A stretch of DNA of 64,000 nt from Rikenellaceae bacterium (lineage in GTDB: Bacteria > Bacteroidota > Bacteroidia > Bacteroidales > UBA932), in contig JALFCH010000033.1 in the NCBI GenBank assembly GCA_022771245.1, forward strand, positions 2,347 through 66,346, written 5' to 3'. Positions 37,651 through 46,563 of the stretch are shown one piece after another. Every line of letters begins with the position of its first letter. Within the stretch, counting starts at the first letter, position 1. The position numbers and the translations under genes are program-made. The notes under the pieces are model-generated. The model saw nothing but the letters and a program-made list of their open reading frames with translations. It made no database searches and was not told where the DNA came from.

Positions 37651-40600
37651 TTAAAACATATCGAAACTGAATACAGGTCCGATGTAGAATTTAGGTATAT
37701 TGCTTACTCCCAATTGGTTGCCGACATTGGCAAGCCCGTTCCAGCCCGGGGCACCGTTGAAATTCACGCTTATGCCTATGCTGCAGGGGATGAGCAGCCA
37801 GAGTATGCACTGCAGATCCACTGCCAGGTCGAAGCCGTAGGTCATCAGGCAGCCGGGCCCACTGAGCTTGTTGTTGGGGATGTCGGCCTTGTTGAAGAGG
37901 GTGAGGTCTATGTGAGGGATGAACTGAAGCCTGCGGATATAGATGCAGGAGGCGAGCAGGGAACGGTCTCCGACATAAATCGGGATGGAATAGTCGGCTG
38001 ACAGTTTGTACAGATTGTCGGTCTTGTTGGTCAGGACACTGCGCAGTGTGGCATCCTGGAGGCCTCGGGGGAGTATGTCCACCACGGTGGTGCGGAAAGG
38101 GGCGCTGTCGTAAAGGGCCTTCTTTTCTATGCTCGGAATCTTTCCCTGCCACATCCCCTTGAGTTTGAGTCCCTGTTCCGGCACCACTCCCGGAAGATAG
38201 GCATAACCGTAGGCGAAGGCGGAAGGGGAGAACCAGTGTGTCATACCCAGAGGTATGTTCACTCCGGCCTGCACTCCTCCTCCCCAGCGGGGATAGATGG
38301 CTGAATTGGTGGTCGGGAGCAGGCTGTAATAGCTCAAGCTGGCCCTCAGATTCTGGGCAGGGAGATTCTTGAGGGAAGATTGCTTGCCGGAGAAATGATA
38401 GATTTTGCTTCCGTCCTGAATCTCAGGGAAGATGACTTCTTCAGTGGAAGTCTTAATGGAGTGCGGTCTGAAAATATAGGCGTTGGCATCTCTCCAGTCG
38501 TTGCTGAGGCTGTAGCTGATGCGCGGAGTGAGACCTCTGGACCAGCCGCCGGAGGAGAAGCGGAAAGGTATGTAGGCACTCAGGCTGCCCGTGATGTAGG
38601 GCACAGACTGGTCGCGAAGTTCGGAATAGCTGACTCCGAATCTGCCCGGCTGCAGTTCGTAGGCTGACACCTGTCCCTGTTTTGCCCCCCTGTCGTTGAA
38701 GTCCAGATTGAACTCGAATACAGGGTAGAGCCCGCTGTACTTGAGATTCAGATGCAGTCCGTTTCTCCAGTGCTTCTTGTCGTATGGGTCCGGATGGACT
38801 GAATATCCTGCTATACCTGAAAATGTGCCCAGCTGGTTCTGGATTACGGCTGTGGCTCCGAGTTTTATGTTGTCGAAGATATTGTCGCCCAAGTCCCCGT
38901 TCATCAGGGCCGGCAGGTTCACATAGACCGGAGCCCAGGAATGAACGCGGAACATCTGAGGGAACTTGCGGTAGCGTTTCGGTTCAGACAGCTGCATCGT
39001 GTCCGCTCTTGCGCTCTCACTGGCTATGAAATCCTTGTCTGAGTAGATTTTTTCGGCTCTTCTGCGGGCTTGTTCACTGAGTTTGTCGGCAATTGGCCAG
39101 GAGTATCTTTCGTCCCAGTCCACCTCTTTGTTGAAGAGATGTTCCGCCGCAGTCCTGTATATCATCTTGCCCTTGCGGGTCATGGAAGCGTAATACAGAT
39201 AATTCCGGTCTTTGTCGAAGACATAGTCACTTGCTCCATAGCGGGTTGAGGTGAGCTGCCTTATGCTTCCGTCCCCAGGCCGGAAACTGTAGAGCTCGTT
39301 CACTCCGGTGCGGTCAGAGGTGAAAAGCAGCCTGTCCCCGTCGCTCTGCAAGTCCTTCATCTGCACCGGAGTGGGCCTCAGAAGTACCTTCCAATTCCCG
39401 TTTTCGAGTTCGGTGCAATATATGCCGAAACCGTTTTCCGAAATGGCGGTGGCACAAACGACATTTTCCCCCATCCAAGCAAGGTCCACCAACTGCAGTG
39501 AATCCGGAGCATCCAGGCATTGCATCAAGGCTCCGTTTTCGGAATCCAGTATATTGAGCATACTGCCTCCTTCGGGTTTGACTCCCACTGCTGCAATGCG
39601 TTTGCCGTCCCGGGATGGCACTGGGTTATAGTCCCAGTTTCCGTGCCGCAATGTCTTTTTGGACTTGCTGAAAGGTTTTGAATATCTCAAGTCGGAAGTA
39701 TATCTTACCGTCCAGCGGGCATCGGGTATGGCTTCGCTCCAATAGAGCTGCTTTCCGTCAGGAGAGGGGTAGAGTTGGCCGCTGTTGCCGTTGAAATAAC
39801 TTATGAATTTCTCTGGAAATTGTCTGGCAGGTCCCAGGGTATCCGCGAATTGTCCGCTGAGGTCTATGCAGACAAGCTTGTAATTGTCGTTGAATCCGTG
39901 CTTTATGCTGAACAGGGAGGACCCGATAATGGTAAAATTCTCATAATCGGCGGTCTTGCGGGGCTCTGCGGTGATTTGCTCCATCGGCATATAGGGCTTT
40001 CTGACTTCCGCGTCCTTCTGCCACACAGCCGTAACGCTGTCCCTTATGGCCGGAAAGGAATGTACCAGGTCCTTGCCTGTGGTGTGCTTGGCTATCACGT
40101 CCCTCACGTCGAAGCGGAAAAAATGCTTTGCGGCATAGTGGAGATATTCGTCAGTGTAATCGTCCCTGTCATAGAGCCAGCGCATTCCCCCGTAGGTGAG
40201 ATAGCCGAGGGCATACCAGTCGGGGGTGTATTTCTTCTGTGACCCGAATCTCCACTGGTCCCAGTCCCTGAGGTCTCCCTGGTCGAAACTTACCATATAA
40301 TAGTTGAGGAAATCGGCTTTGCGTCCCCTTCCTGAGCGGGTGAGTTCCGTTTCAGCAATCACCGCATCGCCTTCGAGAAAGGAGGATTCGGTGTAGATGG
40401 CCGCCGTGAGTCCGTTCCACATTTCGCCGAGGAACCAGCCGATGACTCCCTGGGTACTGTCCAGTCCGAATTGCATCTGGCTGATGTGGCGGGATTCGTG
40501 AACTGCCAGCTGGGTTATCCAGGGATGGGCTTCCGAACCGTAAATCTGGGGAATGGTGAAAGCGTCCATTCTTTTCGGAGCCCAGGCCACGGAGCCGTTT

Positions 40601-40890
40601 GAGACGGCGTTATGCGGGTGGAGCACCACAGGCATTCTGCCCCTGATTTTTTCCCCAGGGAGGTAGCCTGAAGTGAGCCCCACAGGTCTGCGGAACCTTT
40701 CAAGTTCGCGGGCGTATTCCCGTGCCAGGGAATCCAAACCAAGAGGATAGATGACTTTGTAGTTTTCCGATTCTATGCTGTACCACCTGCTGAACCTGTC
40801 GTCCCCCACAGAATAGAACTGCGCCCCTGCTCCCAAATGGACCAGAGTCAGCAAAACTGCAAGGGCGAGTCTTTTCAAATTCGCTTTCAT
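37651..40890 (-). CDS. Large outer-membrane protein: gluzincin-like peptidase domain + TolB/PD40-like propeller + Omp85-like barrel
   Basis: Signal peptide from ATG 40890 (-7 element TATATTTG at 40936-40943); HESRH...FLEGDAV; PSPDGKQL, PSRDGKRI and FTSDRTGVNELY propeller repeats; amphipathic C-terminal strands with LPRG and terminal Phe. Confidence 0.7.
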   Translation of the reverse strand: MKANLKRLALAVLLTLVHLGAGAQFYSVGDDRFSRWYSIESENYKVIYPLGLDSLAREYARELERFRRPVGLTSGYLPGEKIRGRMPVVLHPHNAVSNGSVAWAPKRMDAFTIPQIYGSEAHPWITQLAVHESRHISQMQFGLDSTQGVIGWFLGEMWNGLTAAIYTESSFLEGDAVIAETELTRSGRGRKADFLNYYMVSFDQGDLRDWDQWRFGSQKKYTPDWYALGYLTYGGMRWLYDRDDYTDEYLHYAAKHFFRFDVRDVIAKHTTGKDLVHSFPAIRDSVTAVWQKDAEVRKPYMPMEQITAEPRKTADYENFTIIGSSLFSIKHGFNDNYKLVCIDLSGQFADTLGPARQFPEKFISYFNGNSGQLYPSPDGKQLYWSEAIPDARWTVRYTSDLRYSKPFSKSKKTLRHGNWDYNPVPSRDGKRIAAVGVKPEGGSMLNILDSENGALMQCLDAPDSLQLVDLAWMGENVVCATAISENGFGIYCTELENGNWKVLLRPTPVQMKDLQSDGDRLLFTSDRTGVNELYSFRPGDGSIRQLTSTRYGASDYVFDKDRNYLYYASMTRKGKMIYRTAAEHLFNKEVDWDERYSWPIADKLSEQARRRAEKIYSDKDFIASESARADTMQLSEPKRYRKFPQMFRVHSWAPVYVNLPALMNGDLGDNIFDNIKLGATAVIQNQLGTFSGIAGYSVHPDPYDKKHWRNGLHLNLKYSGLYPVFEFNLDFNDRGAKQGQVSAYELQPGRFGVSYSELRDQSVPYITGSLSAYIPFRFSSGGWSRGLTPRISYSLSNDWRDANAYIFRPHSIKTSTEEVIFPEIQDGSKIYHFSGKQSSLKNLPAQNLRASLSYYSLLPTTNSAIYPRWGGGVQAGVNIPLGMTHWFSPSAFAYGYAYLPGVVPEQGLKLKGMWQGKIPSIEKKALYDSAPFRTTVVDILPRGLQDATLRSVLTNKTDNLYKLSADYSIPIYVGDRSLLASCIYIRRLQFIPHIDLTLFNKADIPNNKLSGPGCLMTYGFDLAVDLQCILWLLIPCSIGISVNFNGAPGWNGLANVGNQLGVSNIPKFYIGPVFSFDMF

Positions 40891-41076
40891 CTTTTCTTTC
40901 AAATGTCGGGATGACTCACATCCCAATTCAACTTGCAAATATAGAAATCTTCGATAAGTAATCCTCAAAAAATAACCTGCATCATCTTTGAAAATCTTTG
41001 CGGTCAGAAAAAGAAATAATATTTTTCTTGATTTGATTGGCAATAGTTTTTAACTTCGCAGGATATGATTTTTTGT

Positions 41077-42036
41077 ATGAAGAGGATTCTCATATACGCA
41101 ATGGCAGTGCTTGCGGTTATGGGCTGCGGCGGAAGAACGACATCAAAGAAGGTGGATATATCCCCCACCCTTCCGTTCCCGCAGGTGCAGGTGCCGGCAA
41201 TGATTGAAGACAGGGAAGAGGCTATGGAATACGCTGCATTGCACTATTTCGACAAGCTCGCAGATCCGGCCCGCAAAGGCGTATGCGATTCCCTGACTGT
41301 GGCTTCCGTGGCGGCCGGGGAGGTGGAACAGGCGGTGTCTTCCTGGTGCTACCTTCTGGATAATTTACCGCTTCCGACTGCACGCAAGGCTGCTTCAAGG
41401 CTTTTCCAGCGAGCGGAATCCTGCGAAATGGCAGACACTTCCTCCAATGTTTTCGAGTCCATAGTGGCCCTTGTGGACAGATATCTCTACGACCCCAATT
41501 CGCCCGTGCGCAATGAGGACATTTATCAGGCCTTCGTGCAGGAGAAATCGCTTTCAAGCCTCTTTACCGACGAACAGAGGCAGGGCTTTGCCGAGACTGT
41601 CAGACGCTGCGGACTCAATCAGGTGGGCACCAGGGCCGCGGATTTCCTTTTTTCCGACCGCAATGGCCGCACGGGGCATCTCTATGGAGTGAAAGCCGAA
41701 ACCACAATCCTGTTTTTCTCGAATCCCGGCTGCAATGCCTGCAAGGAAATCATAGATGCCCTCAAATCCCGGCCGGAAATGGAGGATATGATAAAATCGG
41801 GAGATTTGGCCGTGGTGAATGTATATATAGATGAGGACCTCGGGGAGTGGTACGGATATATGGGCGAATACCCATTGTCGTGGTATAATGTATATGACCC
41901 CAATCTGGTAATCCGCAACGACCTGCTCTATGACGTGAGGGCCATTCCTTCGCTCTATCTGCTGAACAGGGACAAAATAGTTTTGCTCAAAGACACCACC
42001 ACAGAGAAACTGCTGGCCTCTGTGTTCGGCAACTGA
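41077..42036 (+). CDS. DUF5106-family lipoprotein with C-terminal thioredoxin-like fold
   Basis: Lipobox VMGC; YLYDPNSP.RNE; N..GT.A.DF; NPGCNAC; YDVRAIPSLYLL. Confidence 0.8.
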   Translation: MKRILIYAMAVLAVMGCGGRTTSKKVDISPTLPFPQVQVPAMIEDREEAMEYAALHYFDKLADPARKGVCDSLTVASVAAGEVEQAVSSWCYLLDNLPLPTARKAASRLFQRAESCEMADTSSNVFESIVALVDRYLYDPNSPVRNEDIYQAFVQEKSLSSLFTDEQRQGFAETVRRCGLNQVGTRAADFLFSDRNGRTGHLYGVKAETTILFFSNPGCNACKEIIDALKSRPEMEDMIKSGDLAVVNVYIDEDLGEWYGYMGEYPLSWYNVYDPNLVIRNDLLYDVRAIPSLYLLNRDKIVLLKDTTTEKLLASVFGN

Positions 42037-42058
42037 ATGAATACTAATCAATAAAGAT

Positions 42059-43111
42059 ATGGCAACGATAACCAAAGAACTTTGGGGCAAATCCAAAGAA
42101 GGAAAGGAAATTTATCTCTACACATTGACAAATGAATCCGGAGCCTGCATAAAGGTTTCCAGCGTGGGTGCGGGCCTTGTGGCTGCCTGTGTGCCGGACA
42201 GGAAAGGTAATCTCGCAGACGTGGTGCTCGGATATCCGGAGGCTGCAAGTTATTTCGCAGATGGTCCTTGCGCGGGAAAAGTGCCGGGACGTTATGCCAA
42301 CCGCATAGCCAAGGGCAAGTTCGAACTGGACGGCAAAGTCTATGAACTGCCGGTAAACAACGGTCCGAACCATCTTCACGGAGGTCCGGAAGGCTTCCAG
42401 AATCAGGTCTGGGAAAGCCGCATTGAGAATGGGGGAGTGGAGTTCCTCTATGATGCCGCAGACGGAGAAATGGGCTATCCCGGAGCATTGAAGGCTGTGG
42501 CAAGATACGAGTGGAGTGAGGAGAACGAAATACGCCTGACTCTCACCGCCAAATCCGATGCGCCTACGGTGGTGAATCTGACCAATCACGCCTATTTCAA
42601 CCTCAACGGCGAAGGTTCCGGTACTGTCCTGAACCATCTTCTCAGGCTCAACGCATCCGAATGGCTTCCGACCGACGAGACTCTCATTCCTCTTGGGGAT
42701 TCAGAGCCGGTGGCAGGTACACCTATGGATTTTGTGGTGGAGAAACCTATAGGCAGGGACATAAAGGCGGATTTTCCGGCCCTGAAATACGGCAAGGGTT
42801 ATGATAACTGCTGGGTCATCGACGGCGGAGAACCTGGCCAGCTCCAGGAGGCTGCTGAGCTCCGGTCCGAGGAGTCTGGACGCTGTCTGAAGGTCTATAC
42901 CACCCAGCCGGGTGTGCAGGTTTATACCGGAAACTGGCTTTCAGGTTGTCCTGTGGGCAAATGCGGACGCAGTTACGAGGACTATGAGGGAGTGGCCCTA
43001 GAGTGCCAGAACTTCCCTGATTCTCCGAACAAGGCAGACTATCCTTCACCTGTGCTCCGTCCGGACCAAACTTACGAACAGGCTATAATCTTTGCGTTCT
43101 CAGTCTTATGA
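42059..43111 (+). CDS. galM: Aldose 1-epimerase (galactose mutarotase)
   Basis: [39 protein letters not shown]. Confidence 0.95.
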   Translation: MATITKELWGKSKEGKEIYLYTLTNESGACIKVSSVGAGLVAACVPDRKGNLADVVLGYPEAASYFADGPCAGKVPGRYANRIAKGKFELDGKVYELPVNNGPNHLHGGPEGFQNQVWESRIENGGVEFLYDAADGEMGYPGALKAVARYEWSEENEIRLTLTAKSDAPTVVNLTNHAYFNLNGEGSGTVLNHLLRLNASEWLPTDETLIPLGDSEPVAGTPMDFVVEKPIGRDIKADFPALKYGKGYDNCWVIDGGEPGQLQEAAELRSEESGRCLKVYTTQPGVQVYTGNWLSGCPVGKCGRSYEDYEGVALECQNFPDSPNKADYPSPVLRPDQTYEQAIIFAFSVL

Positions 43112-43902
43112 AGCAATATCTCGACCTTTTGAAACTGATACGTGAGACCGGAGTGATGAAACACGACCGCACCGGGGTGGGCACACAGAGCATCTTCGGA
43201 CATCAGATGCGTTTCGACCTTTCTGAGGGCTTTCCGCTTCTGACCACGAAGAAAGTGCATCTGAAATCCATTATCTACGAGTTGCTCTGGTTTATTGCGG
43301 GGGACACCAACATCAAGTATCTCAAGGACCACGGAGTCTCAATCTGGGATGAGTGGGCTGATGAGAACGGAGACCTGGGTCCTGTATATGGACATCAGTG
43401 GCGCAGTTGGCCCACTCCTGACGGAAAGACCATAGACCAGCTTTCGGAGGTGATTCAGACCATAAAGCAAAATCCTGATTCGAGGAGAATGATAGTCTCG
43501 GCGTGGAATGTGGCGGAGGTGTCCAAAATGGCTCTTCCGCCCTGTCATACGCTGTTTCAGTTCTATGTGGCTGAAGGCAGGCTCTCCTGTCAGCTCTATC
43601 AGCGCAGTGCGGATGTTTTCCTCGGAGTGCCGTTCAATATAGCCTCCTATGCCCTCCTGACTATGATGATAGCCCAAGTTTGCGGTCTGCAGCCTGGAGA
43701 GTTCATCCACACCACCGGTGACACCCACATCTACCTGAACCATTTCGACCAGGTGGCCGAGCAGTTGTCCCGCACACCCAAGGCCCTGCCCCGAATGGTC
43801 CTGAATCCGGAGGTCAAGGATATTTTCGATTTCAGATACGAAGACTTCCGACTCGAAGGCTACGACCCTTGGCCGGCCATCAAGGCTCCGGTGGCTGTGT
43901 GA
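43108..43902 (+). CDS. thyA: Thymidylate synthase
   Basis: [48 protein letters not shown]. Confidence 0.98.
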   Translation: MKQYLDLLKLIRETGVMKHDRTGVGTQSIFGHQMRFDLSEGFPLLTTKKVHLKSIIYELLWFIAGDTNIKYLKDHGVSIWDEWADENGDLGPVYGHQWRSWPTPDGKTIDQLSEVIQTIKQNPDSRRMIVSAWNVAEVSKMALPPCHTLFQFYVAEGRLSCQLYQRSADVFLGVPFNIASYALLTMMIAQVCGLQPGEFIHTTGDTHIYLNHFDQVAEQLSRTPKALPRMVLNPEVKDIFDFRYEDFRLEGYDPWPAIKAPVAV

Positions 43903-44003
43903 TTATGGTTAGCATCCACGCAAAGAAACGCGACAAGGTCTCTGTTGAATTCAAGTTACTTTCGTAAATTTGCGGGATGGGAGTAAAATGAAGAGGAAAA
44001 ATT

Positions 44004-45188
44004 ATGGATAAGAGTACATTGAAGCTGTTGCCGGTCGGCATTCAGACATTTTCCGAAGTCATAGACAGGGGATGCCTATACATAGACAAGACCGAGTATA
44101 TCCGAAAGATGACGAAGTGCAGCAAGTATGTTTTCCTAAGTCGTCCCCGCCGTTTCGGAAAGTCATTGCTCGTGTCCACTCTTCAAAGCTATTTTGAAGG
44201 CAAGAAAGAACTGTTCAAGGGACTGTACATAGACAGTGTCGAAAAAGAGTGGACAGTTTATCCGGTCCTGAAATTCAGTATGGCTTCCGCAAAGCACCAG
44301 GACAAGGCTCAGTTGAATTCGTTCCTGGGTTCTATGCTGGAAAGGGAGGAACGGAAATGGGGCATATCCTCTCACAGTGAATATGCCAACGATCGTCTGA
44401 CCAACCTCATCATCGAAGCGAACAGACAGACGGGCAGGAAGGTTGTGGTGCTCATAGACGAATATGATGCACCTCTGCTTGACGTTTCCCATAAAGGCGG
44501 TCTGATGGATGAAATGCGTCAGATTATGCGCAATTTCTATTCTCCGCTGAAAGACTGCGACCCATATCTACAGTTTGTATTCATCACCGGGATTACGAAG
44601 TTCTCCCAGCTCAGCATTTTCAGTGAATTGAACAATCTCAAGAACATCTCGATGCTTCCGGAATTTGCCGGGGTCTGCGGCATCAGCGAGGATGAGATGC
44701 TTACTCAGATGTCAGATTATCTTGATGATTATTCAAATACCCTCGGTATCACAAGGCAGGAAACTGTTTCTGAACTCAAAAACCAGTACGACGGATATCA
44801 TTTCACCTGGCCGTCTCCGGATATCTACAATCCGTTCAGTTTGCTGAATGCCTTGCAGGATAAAATGCTCAAAAGTTATTGGTTTGAAAGCGGAACACCG
44901 ACATTTCTCATTGAAAAATTGAAGGACTTCAATATAGAGCCTTCCATGTTCAAGCCGACAATGAGTATGTCATCGTCGTTTGATGTGCCAACAGAGAATA
45001 TGAAGTCCATTACCCCATTGCTCTATCAGAGCGGTTATCTTACCATAAAGGATTACGACAGGATTTCACAGCTTTATACATTGGATATTCCAAATCAGGA
45101 AATCCGAATTGGCTTGATGGAAAGTCTTTTGCCTAACTATGTGAGTACGAGCAGCGAAAAAGGTCTCAGTACCATAGGACATATGTAA
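44004..45188 (+). CDS. AAA-ATPase-like protein (PF09820-type), C-terminally truncated; possible pseudogene
   Basis: LPVGIQTF, YIDKT, SRPRRFGKSL, LIDEYD, YDGY, YNPFS, YWFESGTP, LYQSGYLTI, IPNQE. Stops about 27 aa later with no PD-(D/E)XK domain. Own -7 element at 43965-43972. Confidence 0.85.
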   Translation: MDKSTLKLLPVGIQTFSEVIDRGCLYIDKTEYIRKMTKCSKYVFLSRPRRFGKSLLVSTLQSYFEGKKELFKGLYIDSVEKEWTVYPVLKFSMASAKHQDKAQLNSFLGSMLEREERKWGISSHSEYANDRLTNLIIEANRQTGRKVVVLIDEYDAPLLDVSHKGGLMDEMRQIMRNFYSPLKDCDPYLQFVFITGITKFSQLSIFSELNNLKNISMLPEFAGVCGISEDEMLTQMSDYLDDYSNTLGITRQETVSELKNQYDGYHFTWPSPDIYNPFSLLNALQDKMLKSYWFESGTPTFLIEKLKDFNIEPSMFKPTMSMSSSFDVPTENMKSITPLLYQSGYLTIKDYDRISQLYTLDIPNQEIRIGLMESLLPNYVSTSSEKGLSTIGHM

Positions 45189-45208
45189 ATTGAAGATTGG
45201 AAAATAGA

Positions 45209-46558
45209 ATGAAAAGGGTCTTGATTATTACATATTATTGGCCGCCTTCCGGGGGATCGGGTGTGCAGAGATGGGTAAAATTTGCCCGTTACCTGCCTGA
45301 GCTCGGGTGGCAGCCTGTGATATATACTCCTGAAAATCCGGAACTTACCAGTGTTGATACCTCACTTGAGGATGAAATTCCATCTGAGGTGGAGGTGATC
45401 AGGAGAAAGATTTTCGAGCCCTACTCCATTATGCGCAGGCTGACGGGAAAAACGGATGCCCGGGCAAATGACCCCAATGCTGTAGTCACTCCCATCAATG
45501 CCCAGAAAAAGGGAAAAATGCAGAACCTGATGCTCTGGATAAGGGGCAATTGCTTTATTCCGGACCCGCGCTGCTTCTGGATTCTGCCCTCTGCGCATTT
45601 TCTCAAGAAATATCTCAAGGAGCATCCGGTCGATGTGATAGTCAGTACAGGTCCTCCCCATTCAATGCACCTGATTGCACGGAAACTTTCCCTCGATACA
45701 GGTATTCCGTGGATTGCGGATTTCAGGGACCCCTGGACAAAAATGTTCTATTTCAAGCATCTGAAACTGACGGCCCTCTCCTCAAGCATTCACAAAAGGC
45801 TGGAAAAGAGTGTTCTGGATGCGGCAAAGGTAATTGTGGCAGTGTCGCCGCTTGTCAGACAGGACTTTATGGAAATGACCCATACCCCGGTGGAATTGAT
45901 AACAAACGGCTATGATGAGAGTGATTTTGACCAGGCAATAGAAGAACTGAATGTGTCCGAGGCGGGATATGGTGCTTCCAATGACCAGACATTTTCCCTT
46001 GTCCACACAGGACTATTTGCGGCTGACGGAAACCCTGAAGTCTTGTGGAAGGTCCTCGGGAAAATAGCGGCTGAAAATGAAGACTTCCGCAACCGATTGA
46101 GGATAAGGCTGGTGGGAAAAACCGATGCCCTGATTTTGGATTCCATCCATTCCGCCGGCTTGGGAGCTTCCTTGGAAAATCTCGGCTATGTCAACCATAG
46201 TGATGCCGTCAAGGAGCAGTGCAAGGCGGGTGTACTCATTCTGCCATTGCGGAAAGAGCCGGAATACCACGCCACCGTGCCTGGCAAGGTCTTCGAATAC
46301 ATCGCGTCCAGACGTCCGGTTCTGGGCATTGGAGACACAACCGGGGCAATGGCCGGAATCCTTGCTGAAGCCCAAGCCGGAAAGACTTTCGGATGGGATG
46401 ATGAGGCAGGAATGGAAAATGAAATACGCCGTCTGTGGCAATTGTTCCTCAACGGGAAATTGGTCGACAGGGACGATGATATGGACAAATATTCCCGCAA
46501 ACGCCTTACCCGTGATATGGCGGAGCTTTTTGACAGAGTTTTGCAGGAAAAAATATAA
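45209..46558 (+). CDS. Glycosyltransferase, GT4-like
   Basis: ITYYWPPSGGSGVQRW.KF, FIPDPR, STGPPHSMH, ADFRDPW, ITNGYD, PGKVFEY. Confidence 0.88.
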   Translation: MKRVLIITYYWPPSGGSGVQRWVKFARYLPELGWQPVIYTPENPELTSVDTSLEDEIPSEVEVIRRKIFEPYSIMRRLTGKTDARANDPNAVVTPINAQKKGKMQNLMLWIRGNCFIPDPRCFWILPSAHFLKKYLKEHPVDVIVSTGPPHSMHLIARKLSLDTGIPWIADFRDPWTKMFYFKHLKLTALSSSIHKRLEKSVLDAAKVIVAVSPLVRQDFMEMTHTPVELITNGYDESDFDQAIEELNVSEAGYGASNDQTFSLVHTGLFAADGNPEVLWKVLGKIAAENEDFRNRLRIRLVGKTDALILDSIHSAGLGASLENLGYVNHSDAVKEQCKAGVLILPLRKEPEYHATVPGKVFEYIASRRPVLGIGDTTGAMAGILAEAQAGKTFGWDDEAGMENEIRRLWQLFLNGKLVDRDDDMDKYSRKRLTRDMAELFDRVLQEKI

Positions 46559-46563
46559 TTGAA

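Noticed and set aside
40891-41043. ORF-track N-terminal extensions of the large OMP (also ruvB, coaX, susD, the PKD lipoprotein and tlpA)
   Set aside because: Downstream ATGs give proper signal peptides or family N-termini, and the extensions run through promoter elements or upstream genes.
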